Part shown: positions 11,686 through 22,020 of the stretch, piece by piece
How the letters are laid out: each line of letters opens with the position of its first letter
Position numbering within the stretch: the stretch's first letter is position 1
Source: Histomonas meleagridis 2922-C6/04-290x
Taxonomy: Eukaryota > Protista > Parabasalia
Assembly: GCA_020184695.1 (NCBI GenBank)
Contig: JAANOX010000034.1
Span: forward strand, 434,001 to 498,000
Length of the DNA stretch: 64,000 nt
Direction of reading: 5' to 3'
Notes under the pieces: generated by a model
Seen by the model: the letters and a program-made list of their open reading frames with translations, nothing else
Databases searched by the model: none
Told to the model about the DNA's origin: nothing
Translations under genes and position numbers: made by a program

Positions 11686-12062
11686 TGAAAAAAATTTTTA
11701 ATGGACATGTGATATGAATTTTTATATAAAATTATAATAAATAAAAACATAGAATGAACTTCATGATGAAATCCATTCACACATTTAATTTTATTTGGAA
11801 TGCTTAAATTTGAATCAGGTTAATAGGTAATATATGCCCGAATGTGCATTCACATATCGAAAATAACTTATATACAACAATTACATGAATATGCAATCAA
11901 TATATTTGAATTTTTTTGAGTTTATTAATCTTTTCGATAGGTTTGAAAAATATTTAATATCAGGATTTTATATAATTATATAAAATAAATGATATTTCAT
12001 CATTGCCCAAATAATTTCTGAATTTTTTATTTCTTAATAATTTAAGATATTATTCCTAGTTT

Positions 12063-12105
12063 TTTATTAATCATAGATGCAACTATGTATTTATATATCA
12101 TATAT
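12063..12105. repeat. Short fragment of repeat R1
   Basis: TATTAATCATAGATGCAACTATGTAT..TATAT matches R1 positions ~8858-8895. Confidence 0.6.
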
Positions 12106-12773
12106 CCATAATACAGTCCCGGACAGCAGAAAATGTCCACAGAAAAAACCGCCATAATTAAAAACGTTCATAAACCAGTCATTTTGATTATCGGCCAGAA
12201 AAAGCTAGCCAACGTATTTTTCCACTTTTACGGTTTTGTCATAAAACTGTCCATTGGCCAGAAAAAATGTACATTCCTAAAAAGTGCTAAATAGAAGTGT
12301 AAAGATTTGTTGTGAAACAACTGATTAAAATGGAATCTTATAAATATAATGCACGATTTCTCAAAGAAATATAAAAATAACAATGAATATTAATTTTATA
12401 ATCATTTTTGCATTTATAAAAAACATTCTTTGCAAAGATATGAATTCAACGTATATCTGTCCACTGAAATCATTACAACTTTCTATTATTCCTTAGCATA
12501 GATAAGCTTTTAATATGTGAAATAATTATATGCATACGTTTTATTTAATATGTGTTTTATATTATATATGATTTATAATGATAATATTATAATGATTAAA
12601 CAAATTTATATCCAAAAACGAAAAATACAGCATTGCAATATTTTTTTTGATTCAAACAAAAATATCACAGGAGATGAAAAATAAGTATTGACTGTACCAA
12701 CAAAACTTTGAATGAATTCATAGAATATAAAATTGATTACACAAATGTAAATTCTGATTCTAGAATAAAGACG

Positions 12774-13408
12774 ATCAGAAAATTCAATGATCAAGAATCG
12801 TTTTTTTTTCAAAAAAAAATGTATCGTTCGTACCAAGATATAACAAGAATGGATTTATCCAGAAACTATTTTATTGATTATAAATTATTAATCAGGTTAA
12901 ATAAGTACATCATTAAGGTGTTACGAAAATTATCATATCATTCATTTTTTCAATAAATTCATAATCTAAAAAAAATCAAGTCATATAATTAAATAATTAT
13001 TTAAAATTCGTAACAAATCACGATTTCATGATAAAATTCCAATATTTTTATTTCTCAACAACCCAATAATCATTTAGTTTGGCTGTTTACAAATTACATT
13101 GATAGAAACAAATAAATAACATATTTTTTCAAAAAAAAAAGTGAAATTTTGATAATATTTACCATCATTCAAATTCGCTCCTATCGTCACTTATCGTTGT
13201 TGATATCGTTTGATATAAACCATGCAAAAGTCGATTTTTGTCACTTTTTGGAATGAAAGAATAAATTTATCTCGTGCTAAATATAATATAATTCTTAGAT
13301 TTATATTAATCATAGATGCAACCATGTATATATATTATATATTTATGATATCAAGATCGTAGGATGATCACTATATACGATGGGTGGAAATAGCAAGTCT
13401 AGTTTAAT
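12774..13408. repeat. Dispersed ~630-bp non-coding repeat R1, copy 2
   Basis: Direct-orientation copy of 8328-8961. Contains three TATCGT motifs (13182, 13192, 13204) and a GTCACTTTTT motif. Confidence 0.9.
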
Positions 13409-13886
13409 GCTTTGTATTAATAGAATCGCTTTTCGGAAGCAGATAAAAAGTGACAAAAATTGATTGATTTGTTCATTCAAATGGGGCCCTTCAATCGTTT
13501 TTCATTCTTAGGATCAAAAATGATATAAGAATTTCGTTTCATAAATTATAATCCGATACATGTTATTTATAATTTATCTACTACTTATAAACAAAAAATT
13601 AAAGTCATTGCTATATATGTGGGAGAGGTTCCCATATTGTACCTCGATGTTCAAAAAACATTCCAACTACTTAATAAAAACTTAATATATTCAATTATAT
13701 AAATTAGAGATGTGATTATTCTTTTGTTTAATACTTCATGTGAATATCATAAAGTACATAGGAATCAGGAAATGAGATTATCACTTAAACTTTTTGAATT
13801 CATTATTCGGCTTCAATTTCTTACAAAAGTAATAAATTCTGAGAGAATAAGCAACCAAATAACAATTCAATAACAAAAATTCTTTC

Positions 13887-14384
13887 ATGAAAGAAAAGAC
13901 ATTCAACGTATCCGTCTTATCTAATTTATTGGATGCTATTTACAAAAGCGAAGAAACCGAGTTTTATCCACAATTTTCAAACCCAAGAGAAATTGAATTT
14001 TATTCTTCTTCTTCATTTATTCCTTGTGGTATAAAACTTAGCGAAATGAATCAAAGGTCTTTATTCCCAATCGACAGCATCACAAATGTGGAACCTTTTC
14101 AAACTGAAAACTTGCAATTTACAAATATTTTTCTTACAGAATTACAAAAACAGGAAAAACTTACAGAAGAGTCATTTGAAAAATTACAGAAGGAACCACA
14201 GTTAACACCGAGTGATGCTTATCCACACTCGAAATCAAAACATCAAATAAAATCAGTTCGTGCTCCAGTTTCATTTGACCATCATTCCTCAACGCTAGAA
14301 ATGCTTTCGCGAAGGAGTAAATCACAGAGATCTTTTGAAGGGTCAATCATTGGATCTCAGCAAATAAATGATACAACATCATAA
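13887..14384 (+). CDS. Hypothetical protein
   Basis: 165-aa ATG ORF, Ser-rich C-terminus; no recognised motif. Confidence 0.55.
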   Translation: MKEKTFNVSVLSNLLDAIYKSEETEFYPQFSNPREIEFYSSSSFIPCGIKLSEMNQRSLFPIDSITNVEPFQTENLQFTNIFLTELQKQEKLTEESFEKLQKEPQLTPSDAYPHSKSKHQIKSVRAPVSFDHHSSTLEMLSRRSKSQRSFEGSIIGSQQINDTTS

Positions 14385-15317
14385 CTCGAAAAACAAACTT
14401 TGCTCTTTCACACTTACGAGGTGCGATGATTAAGACCCATTTTTGGATTAGTAACTTTTCCAAAATAACGGTTTTCTTTTGTGATCACAAAAGAAACAAA
14501 TGATATTAAGTAAACTAAATGTCTTTTTCTATTATTAGTAATGAATGAAATCTTTTATATTATGTAAAATTATTATACTATCAGATAAAATAATTATTTA
14601 TGGAGGTAAAGGTTATCAACTAACAAACTAAAAGTTATAAATTTTAGTTCTAAATTTCAATTAAATGTTCAGTTTAAATTTCATGTTTTAATATATTGGT
14701 TGTCAGGAGTATCAATGTTATCCTGATAAAAATTTAAAGGTAGCCAAATTAGTTTATTTTTTTTCCATGCGTAACTCTGTTGGAGTATTAAAATTTTGGG
14801 GATACCTACAGTTTAAGATTAAAAAATTATTTGCACATGCTTATTCACATGATACAAACATACCCATTTCCAATAAAAAAAGATCATGCTTAAATAACCC
14901 CTAACATTGAATAACTTGAAAGGAAACTAAATAGTTCTTGTTCTGACTTATGGATTTAAAAAAAATTCATTGATGTATAAAATTCATCAATTCTTTCAAA
15001 CTACATATCACTGGAACAATCGTTTCACCTATGGAACCTAAGAACATTTAATAAATATGAATAAATTGAAGATCCAAAACCACAAATTAATAAATTTGAT
15101 AGTTTTTTATAGTGGTACGTAATTGTGCTTTTTCATTTTCGGTTGATTTCTCAAGTTATGTTCAAACATTTTAATTTTTAATTCATATCATCAAACAAAG
15201 AAGAAGATCACATTACAGTAATCAAACGCATTAACAAATATGAATTATCATATACAGTAAAAATAATTTCAGCTTTTTGCTTTTAGTCATCAAAAAAATA
15301 AAAACTTATTCATTTTT

Positions 15318-16807
15318 TTATTGATCAATTAAGCTTAATTTCTTTGTGATTAAATCAACAATTTCAAAGTTCCCTTTCTGTGTTGCAACCTTAAGTGCTG
15401 TATTCAATATTTTAATGAAACATCAAATATTTTTTCTAAATATAAAATAATTTATATAAATATAAAGTACATTTAACAAATATCTTTGGCATTAATATCA
15501 ACTCCTTCTTGTTCAAGAAGTAATTTAATAATTCCTAACTGTGAATATTCAGTTGCAACAATGAGAACAGTTTTAAATAATTTCATTAAACTCCAAATAT
15601 TAATTAAATTCATTAAATTTATAAAACAAAAATTATAATTAAATAAAAAATATCTCTGGCATTTATATCCAAATTCTTTTTAGTAAGAAATAGTTTCATA
15701 ATATCAATGTTTCCATTTACAGCTACTTTCATAAATGCTGTTTTGAAAGAATCAAAAAAATACCAAATAAAAATTTTAAATATCTAATTAATTATCCAAA
15801 CTTGAAACATTAAAATCATATGTCTTTAGCATTAATATCAATTCCTTCATGTTCAAGAAGTAATTTAACTACTTCCTTATGATTACAATACGATGCTTGC
15901 ATAAGTGGTGTCCAAAATGATTTGAACAATTTCCAAATATTATTTTGAAATATAACATTATTATATCAAAATTTGAATATAAATCAAAAACATCTGTATC
16001 ATTTATGCCAATTCCTTCTTTATGAAGAAGTAATTTTGTTAATTCTGTTAACCCATATTTTGCTGCATTTAAGAGTATTGTATCATATAATTTATTTAAA
16101 TTCCGAAAATTACTTTGAAACATAATATCATTTTTACAAACTTTGAATAAAATAAATTAACATCTTTAATATTTACTTCAATTCCATCTTGCTCAAGGAG
16201 TAATTTAATTATCTTAGTTCCATTAGAGTATGGAACTAGCAATAATGCTGTATTAAATAATTTAATCAAACTCCAAATATCATTTATAAAATAAAAATAT
16301 TTTAATGTAACATTATACATAATAAACAAAAATCTTGTTCATTGATTTTAATTCCATCTTGTTTAAGAAGTAGTTCAACTATTTCAGTATTTCCTTTTTT
16401 AGATGCAAACATAAGTGCGTTCAGAAATAATTCATATAAATTTTAAATAAAAATAATATATATCAATTAATTAAAGCATATAATATTTACATCATTAATA
16501 TTAAATTTATATTGATCAATAAATATTTTTACAATTTCAATGTTTCCTCCTTCAGCTGCAAACATAAATGCTGTTGTAAACACTTTGAATAAAATCCATT
16601 TATTTTTAATAAACAAAAAATAAAATTTATATATCCTAAAAAATTAAATTAAATATCTTTATCATAAATGTTAATTTCCTCTTGCTGAAGTAAATATTTA
16701 AATACTTCTACGTTACCACGTTTTGCTGCTTTCATAAGTGCTGTTTGAAATGATTTAAATATATTTGCAAAAATATTTTATAAAAGAAATAAATCAAGTA
16801 AATTCAT
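15318..16807 (-). repeat. Spacer-interrupted ankyrin array C (9 divergent cassettes)
   Basis: 80-nt spacers: 16575-16654, 16252-16331, 16082-16161, 15912-15991, 15742-15821, 15572-15651, 15402-15481. 63-nt spacers: 16745-16807, 16422-16484. All eight internal cassettes are 90 nt and stop-free. The terminal repeat ends at TAA 15320-15318. Confidence 0.92.
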
Positions 16808-18082
16808 ATTTGTGGAATTTACATCAACATGTTTTTCTTCAAGAAGATATTTAACGAGTTCAATATTTCCTGATTTAGAAGCATAAACTAAAATATCACT
16901 TGGAATATCATTTTTAAGGAAATGTTTTACAAGAAATATATTACCTATTTTTGCTGACAGATTAATAATATTTTTATCAGTTTTCATCTTTTTGCTTTCT
17001 AAAAATGAAATAAATAAATTATTATCATGTTTAATCGAACAAACTCCAAGATCAGCAAATTTTTTGATTCTTGAAATCTTTTTATTATAAAGATACTGGA
17101 AAATTTCATCACGATGAAATTCAATTGCTATTTCATATGAACCTTCAAAAGATATTTGCTTTTGTTCACATAAATGAAATATTTCAAGATTCCCACCAGC
17201 AACAGCATATTTACCTGTATTTGTTAAATCAGAATTTTTCATAAGTAAATATTTAAAACATTTAACTGATCCAAAAAATGCTGCATAATCAATTAATGAA
17301 ACATTTTCTTTATTTATAAATGAACAGATTTCATAAAGTGATGGCTCAATTGTTTGATTAAAATCAAAATTTATTTGTGATGTTATTTCTTGAAGTTTAT
17401 CTACTTCATCATTTCGAATTATTTTCGCAAATTCATTCGGATTATGTCCTTCTTTAACATATTCTTTATGTAGTTCCCAATCATTCTTTGAAAGCTCTTC
17501 ATAATTATCATAAAAATATTTTCCTAATGGAGATTCAGGTCTTAACCCAAATATTTCATCAGTTGTTTTATAATGTGCAAAAAATAAAGTGCTTCTGTTT
17601 TTGGCTATATTGGATGGAATAATATTTGCTTCAGTCATCATTTCAATAAAATAATTTGATTCATTTGTTTTTAAATGAAGAAGAAAATGTAAAAAAATAT
17701 CGATTATTTTGTAATTTGATTTCATGTCATCTTCTTTTTGATTCAACACTTTAATAAACTGAATACAAATACTGATGTCTTTCATTTGACTCTTAAAAAA
17801 TTTATAAAGTAATCTTGAAATTGAAAGATTAAAAGAATAAAAAAAATTTTCATCAAATGATTCCAATAAGGATTCTATTGACATTTCAATGTTAAATTCA
17901 TTTAAAGCAAAAATAACTTCTTCAATATGCTGTATTCCTTGGAGATACTTATTTTTATTCAGGCTTGCTTTGGGAACCATGGTTGACATCGAAAAAATAA
18001 ATTGAGTAATAAATGATCGTTTATTGCAGCTATGACACGTAGCCGGGTGCTCCAGTGCTTTAAATTTTTTATTGAATGCCAA
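16778..18082 (-). CDS. DUF3447-type ankyrin-repeat protein, N-terminal ORF of gene C
   Basis: Same DUF3447 motifs (LIDYAAFFGSVKCFKYLLM, YAVAGGNLEIFHLCEQ, AIEFHRDEIF). True start is probably a downstream ATG (~17989). The ORF stops inside the first spacer. Confidence 0.9.
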   Translation of the reverse strand: MAFNKKFKALEHPATCHSCNKRSFITQFIFSMSTMVPKASLNKNKYLQGIQHIEEVIFALNEFNIEMSIESLLESFDENFFYSFNLSISRLLYKFFKSQMKDISICIQFIKVLNQKEDDMKSNYKIIDIFLHFLLHLKTNESNYFIEMMTEANIIPSNIAKNRSTLFFAHYKTTDEIFGLRPESPLGKYFYDNYEELSKNDWELHKEYVKEGHNPNEFAKIIRNDEVDKLQEITSQINFDFNQTIEPSLYEICSFINKENVSLIDYAAFFGSVKCFKYLLMKNSDLTNTGKYAVAGGNLEIFHLCEQKQISFEGSYEIAIEFHRDEIFQYLYNKKISRIKKFADLGVCSIKHDNNLFISFLESKKMKTDKNIINLSAKIGNIFLVKHFLKNDIPSDILVYASKSGNIELVKYLLEEKHVDVNSTNMNLLDLFLL

Positions 18083-18440
18083 TTAGTAGATGAAACTTGT
18101 AACACAAGTTGTATATTACTTCTCACAATGAGCTAATGCATATGTGTTCTAGCCTTTTTTTTCCATCTTGGTTTTTTGTGTTAAATTAAATTATTTCAAA
18201 AATTAATGCGATATGATAAATTGCTTAAAAATAATTAATAACTAGGATTTGTTTCGTTAAGTTATCTTACTTAAAATAATGATTTTGGTAAATTCTCTTG
18301 CAAAGAAGTAAATGCAAATAGCTGTATTAATTTCAAAAGATCCATCAATAATTGTAATTAAAATGGAATAAGGAGGCCAATATTACAATATTAATAAGTT
18401 CATTTTCAAAATCATTAACACAAATGATTATTTAAAGTTT

Positions 18441-19142
18441 TTATTCAAAAGTAACTGGCTTAGAGATGCGTCCAGAGAGAGTTATAATTGCTTTCTTTTC
18501 TGGCTCTTTGACTTCAACAACTTTCTTTGGCTTTTTCTCAGGACGAAGTATCTTCTTTCTTTTGACAGTCTTTTCTGGCGCAATTGAGTTTAATCCTTTA
18601 TGCGTAAATGTGTAGGAATCCTTTTTTGCTTTCAATAACTTCTTTTCTTTGAGCGATTCAAGAGCCTTCTTTGTTCTTTTAGGTATAACTGTATATAATC
18701 CTTTGTCCATATAATCAAGCAAATACTGTTTAACCTTTGTAGAGCTAACATATTGTTTTTCTTCAGTTTTAAGATTGAATATTGCTTCAGCGACCCATTG
18801 TTCATAAAGATTTACCTTTATTGCTTTTGAATCCTTCTTGATAACCTTTTTCACTTTCTTTTCCTTTGTTTGAACTTTCTTAACTGGCTTTTTGGATTTG
18901 GTATCTGACTTCTTGATGACTTTCTTTGTTGTTTTTGTAACTTTTTTGACAATCCTCTTTGTGGTTCCTGCTTTTTTTGAACTTGATTTCTTTGTTTTTG
19001 TATCTTTCTTTGGAAGTTTCTTATCAGCCGTTAATTTTTCTTTTTTTGGGCTAACTCTTGATTTTTTTGTTTTTCCTGTGGCTTCCTTCTTTCCCTTTTG
19101 TTCCTTTTCTTCTTTCTTGGCTTTATTCTTTTCTTCTGGCAT
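18441..19142 (-). CDS. Linker histone H1/H5-like protein
   Basis: Lys-rich N- and C-terminal regions flank an H15-like winged helix (YEQWVAEAIFNLK...SSTKVKQYL...KKALESLKEKKLLKAKKDSYTF). Likely start is MPEEKNK at 19142. Confidence 0.65.
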   Translation of the reverse strand: MPEEKNKAKKEEKEQKGKKEATGKTKKSRVSPKKEKLTADKKLPKKDTKTKKSSSKKAGTTKRIVKKVTKTTKKVIKKSDTKSKKPVKKVQTKEKKVKKVIKKDSKAIKVNLYEQWVAEAIFNLKTEEKQYVSSTKVKQYLLDYMDKGLYTVIPKRTKKALESLKEKKLLKAKKDSYTFTHKGLNSIAPEKTVKRKKILRPEKKPKKVVEVKEPEKKAIITLSGRISKPVTFE

Positions 19143-19441
19143 GAATGTATGAACTGAAATTTGCCGCCATTTTTGAACGCGTTCAATTAACCCGGCAAAA
19201 ACCACTTTTATAAGAATTTTCTGAAATATATACAATATTGTAAGCGCCGATTTTGTGGGCTCTCAAATCGAGATTATCATTTATGCTTGTTGACACTTAT
19301 AAAATATTATATTAATAAAAAATGAAAACATAAATTCCTTTTTCTTATACAGTCGAAAAAAAGTTGAATATTAATCATTTGCTTATAGCTGAAGTTTTTT
19401 TATAAAAAAAAAGATTTATATCAAATTTATATTTAAACAAA

Positions 19442-20410
19442 TTATCGAATTTTATATTCTTGTATGAAATCATATCCATCAACATTATACTTAATAGTAA
19501 CATCTTGGTCTCTGAAATTTTTTTCATTTGGTTTCATCATAAATCTTCCTTCAATTATGGTATCTGTTGTTAATTTAACAGGTCGTTCAAGATAAAAAAT
19601 AGTTTGTGACCAATGTGTTGGCTCTTCAAATGGTGATGTTGATAACATAATTGTTTCTTCTTTACCTTCAAACAATACATCAAACCAAACAACAAAGCCA
19701 TAAAGTGAAGTGGATTCGAGCGAAGTTAGTGAAAAAGTCGCATCAATTGAAAGATCATTTTCAGAGACTTTGTTTAAATCAAACTCAATGAGCTTTGAGT
19801 CATCAGTCACAATTTGTTTCTCAGGACATACCTCAATAACGGGCTCGTGGACAGCCCACTGCTTGACAGGTTCAAGGTTAAAACCGCAGAAATCTTCCCA
19901 ATATAGGAATTTACGATGGTAAAAAATCTTATCTTCGATACCAGTAATAAACATACTAGCTCGTGTTGGGTACATAGTTCCTCCCTCTTTTAAATATTTA
20001 TCACGTGCAAAAATAACAGAATTGAGCATAGATTCATAGAGGAGACAATAACCCATCCATTCGCTAATTATGACATCAACCTTTTCTGGGATAGAAGCTT
20101 CTTCGATTGTGGTTTGAAGAAGAATAATTTGATTTGAATAACCATTTTTTTCTATAATCTTTTTTGCATAATTTCCGATTGTTGATTTTTCAACTGCATA
20201 AACTTTCTTTGCACCACATTTTGCTGCAAATAGTGAAAGAATTCCTGTTCCACATCCAACATCAAGAATAACTTTATCTTTGAACATTGCTGGATTATCT
20301 AAAATTGCTTTTTGATAAGAAATTGTTCGAACCTTGTCACTGAGCATTTCTCTGTGTATTCCAAAATGTGCATAACTATCAAAATAATATGAATCCTTTT
20401 CTTGTTCCAT
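19442..20410 (-). CDS. PRMT1: Type I protein arginine methyltransferase (PRMT1/HMT1-like)
   Basis: YFDSYAHFGIHREML.DKVRT..Y, VILDVGCGTGILSLFAAK.GAKKVYAVE, VDVIISEWMGYCLLYESML and the THW loop (PTHWSQT). Likely start is MEQEKD at 20410. Confidence 0.93.
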   Translation of the reverse strand: MEQEKDSYYFDSYAHFGIHREMLSDKVRTISYQKAILDNPAMFKDKVILDVGCGTGILSLFAAKCGAKKVYAVEKSTIGNYAKKIIEKNGYSNQIILLQTTIEEASIPEKVDVIISEWMGYCLLYESMLNSVIFARDKYLKEGGTMYPTRASMFITGIEDKIFYHRKFLYWEDFCGFNLEPVKQWAVHEPVIEVCPEKQIVTDDSKLIEFDLNKVSENDLSIDATFSLTSLESTSLYGFVVWFDVLFEGKEETIMLSTSPFEEPTHWSQTIFYLERPVKLTTDTIIEGRFMMKPNEKNFRDQDVTIKYNVDGYDFIQEYKIR

Positions 20411-20508
20411 CCAACTGGAAATGTCAAGTGAAATTTTCCCTGTCACTTTTAAAAATTCATAGGAAAACGTTAACCTTCGAAACAAGAAAAATTAAAACCC
20501 AAATTTAA

Positions 20509-21894
20509 ATGAACTTACATAACTATAAAAAATCACAACTCAAATCACGTTTTACAAAAACAAAGGTAGAGGACAATGAGGTAGAAGTACTTGATCAAAA
20601 TTTAGAATTTCAAATATTTTCTTTTGTCTCTGATTTTATTAAAGCATATGAATCATCTAAAATTAACCTTGAAACACTCACTACAAAAGAGTTTCTCAAC
20701 AATTTAAACAATTCAAACATGTCAATTCCATTCATTCAAAAAATTGCTGACTCCAATTTTTTTCAATATTGCATAGATACCATTAAGCGACACCCAGATT
20801 CACATCTTGTTGATTTAGTTATTCGGACTTTTTCAATATTTTGTGATTCTTGTTCCAAATATTTACAAATTTTATCCAACCATGGTTTTTATGATGTTAT
20901 TATTTCTACACTTCGCAACCCCCAATATTCTCTTTTTTGTATTCAGCATTCTATTTTTATTTTGAGGAAATTTCTTGAATTTTCATTAAACATTTCTCAA
21001 CTCACCAAATTTAACATTTCACTTTTTGAACCCATTCTTAAACGGTGTTTAAATCCACGATCTCCTGAGAAAGATAGCTTAGAATGTGTTGATGAAATAC
21101 TTAGTTTTTTATCAAAGTATTCAGAAAATAAACTTAACGCAGACGTTTCTTCTCTTTGTATTCGTTTTCTAACAGCAGGACTTCATTTTAATAATGAAAA
21201 TATTCACAGAAAAGTTTCAACAATTTTAAAAAACTTAATTCAACATAGTAATTTCGATATAAATTTTTTTTATGAATCTGGTCTTAATCAATTTGTTGAA
21301 CAAAAATTTCTAATATTTCCAACTGATTTATTTATATTTTTCGTCGAGTTAAAAACGAAATTTCCAGATTTTATTATAAGTTTTCCAATTGATAATTTAT
21401 TTGACTTTATTTATGATAATCCAAACTCAGATGAATCACTTTATTCTTTATATACATTAAATATTATTTTAAGAAATGATCAATCAATTCTTAATCATCC
21501 AAAAATGGAAAATATTCCAATTTGTATTGTCGATAATTTTCCGATTTCTTCGTTAAGATTTAAAAGAATTTCATTGCTTTTGTTATGTGATATTATTAAA
21601 TTTAAGCCTGATGTTGTTTTTAATTATGTTGACTTATATTCTTTTACTTCTTTAACAATTGATATGTTGGATAATTGCGGTACAAACGAATTAATCAAAT
21701 GCGCTTTGTCGGCAATGATTTCAATTCTCGAATATATGCAAAATATTGGAATGCCACATGAAACAATAGAAGAATTTGTTGCTACTGAATGTATACAAAC
21801 AAGTTACCAAAATTGCTTACAAGAAACAAATCCAATGAATAATTCGATTGACGATTTATTTGTTTCAAAGTTCGCACAATATTTTCAAAGTTAA
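20509..21894 (+). CDS. Hypothetical helical-repeat (ARM/HEAT-like) protein
   Basis: 461-aa ORF with amphipathic Leu/Ile/Phe-rich helical periodicity; divergent from PRMT1 across ~100 nt. Confidence 0.6.
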   Translation: MNLHNYKKSQLKSRFTKTKVEDNEVEVLDQNLEFQIFSFVSDFIKAYESSKINLETLTTKEFLNNLNNSNMSIPFIQKIADSNFFQYCIDTIKRHPDSHLVDLVIRTFSIFCDSCSKYLQILSNHGFYDVIISTLRNPQYSLFCIQHSIFILRKFLEFSLNISQLTKFNISLFEPILKRCLNPRSPEKDSLECVDEILSFLSKYSENKLNADVSSLCIRFLTAGLHFNNENIHRKVSTILKNLIQHSNFDINFFYESGLNQFVEQKFLIFPTDLFIFFVELKTKFPDFIISFPIDNLFDFIYDNPNSDESLYSLYTLNIILRNDQSILNHPKMENIPICIVDNFPISSLRFKRISLLLLCDIIKFKPDVVFNYVDLYSFTSLTIDMLDNCGTNELIKCALSAMISILEYMQNIGMPHETIEEFVATECIQTSYQNCLQETNPMNNSIDDLFVSKFAQYFQS

Positions 21895-22020
21895 ACTTAT
21901 CCTCTCAAAAAGTGGACGTTTCTGATCTTTATTAATTTTCTTATCGTACAATAGAAAACGGTCGTTCGAACAAAATGTGAAATGAAATGTTAACTTTTTG
22001 CGTGAACGAACGTTAAAATA

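Noticed and set aside
14415-14445. GATGAT C-box-like motif suggesting a box C/D snoRNA
   Set aside because: The C box is imperfect and I found no appropriately placed CTGA D box or terminal stem.
15869-16329. Small ORFs over ankyrin arrays (15869-16123, 16096-16329, 6852-7043, 7228-7440, 58956-59207)
   Set aside because: They are single cassettes read together with adjacent spacer sequence, not independent genes.
15402-16807. Phase-1 RT...AG intron (AAAG|RTATTT...ACAG|CACTT) giving 28-aa repeats
   Set aside because: It fits many units but fails where Asp is GAC or where the TAL codons are ACT-GTT, ACA-CCA, ACA-ATA or ACG-ACA. It is not fully excluded for a subset of units without cDNA.
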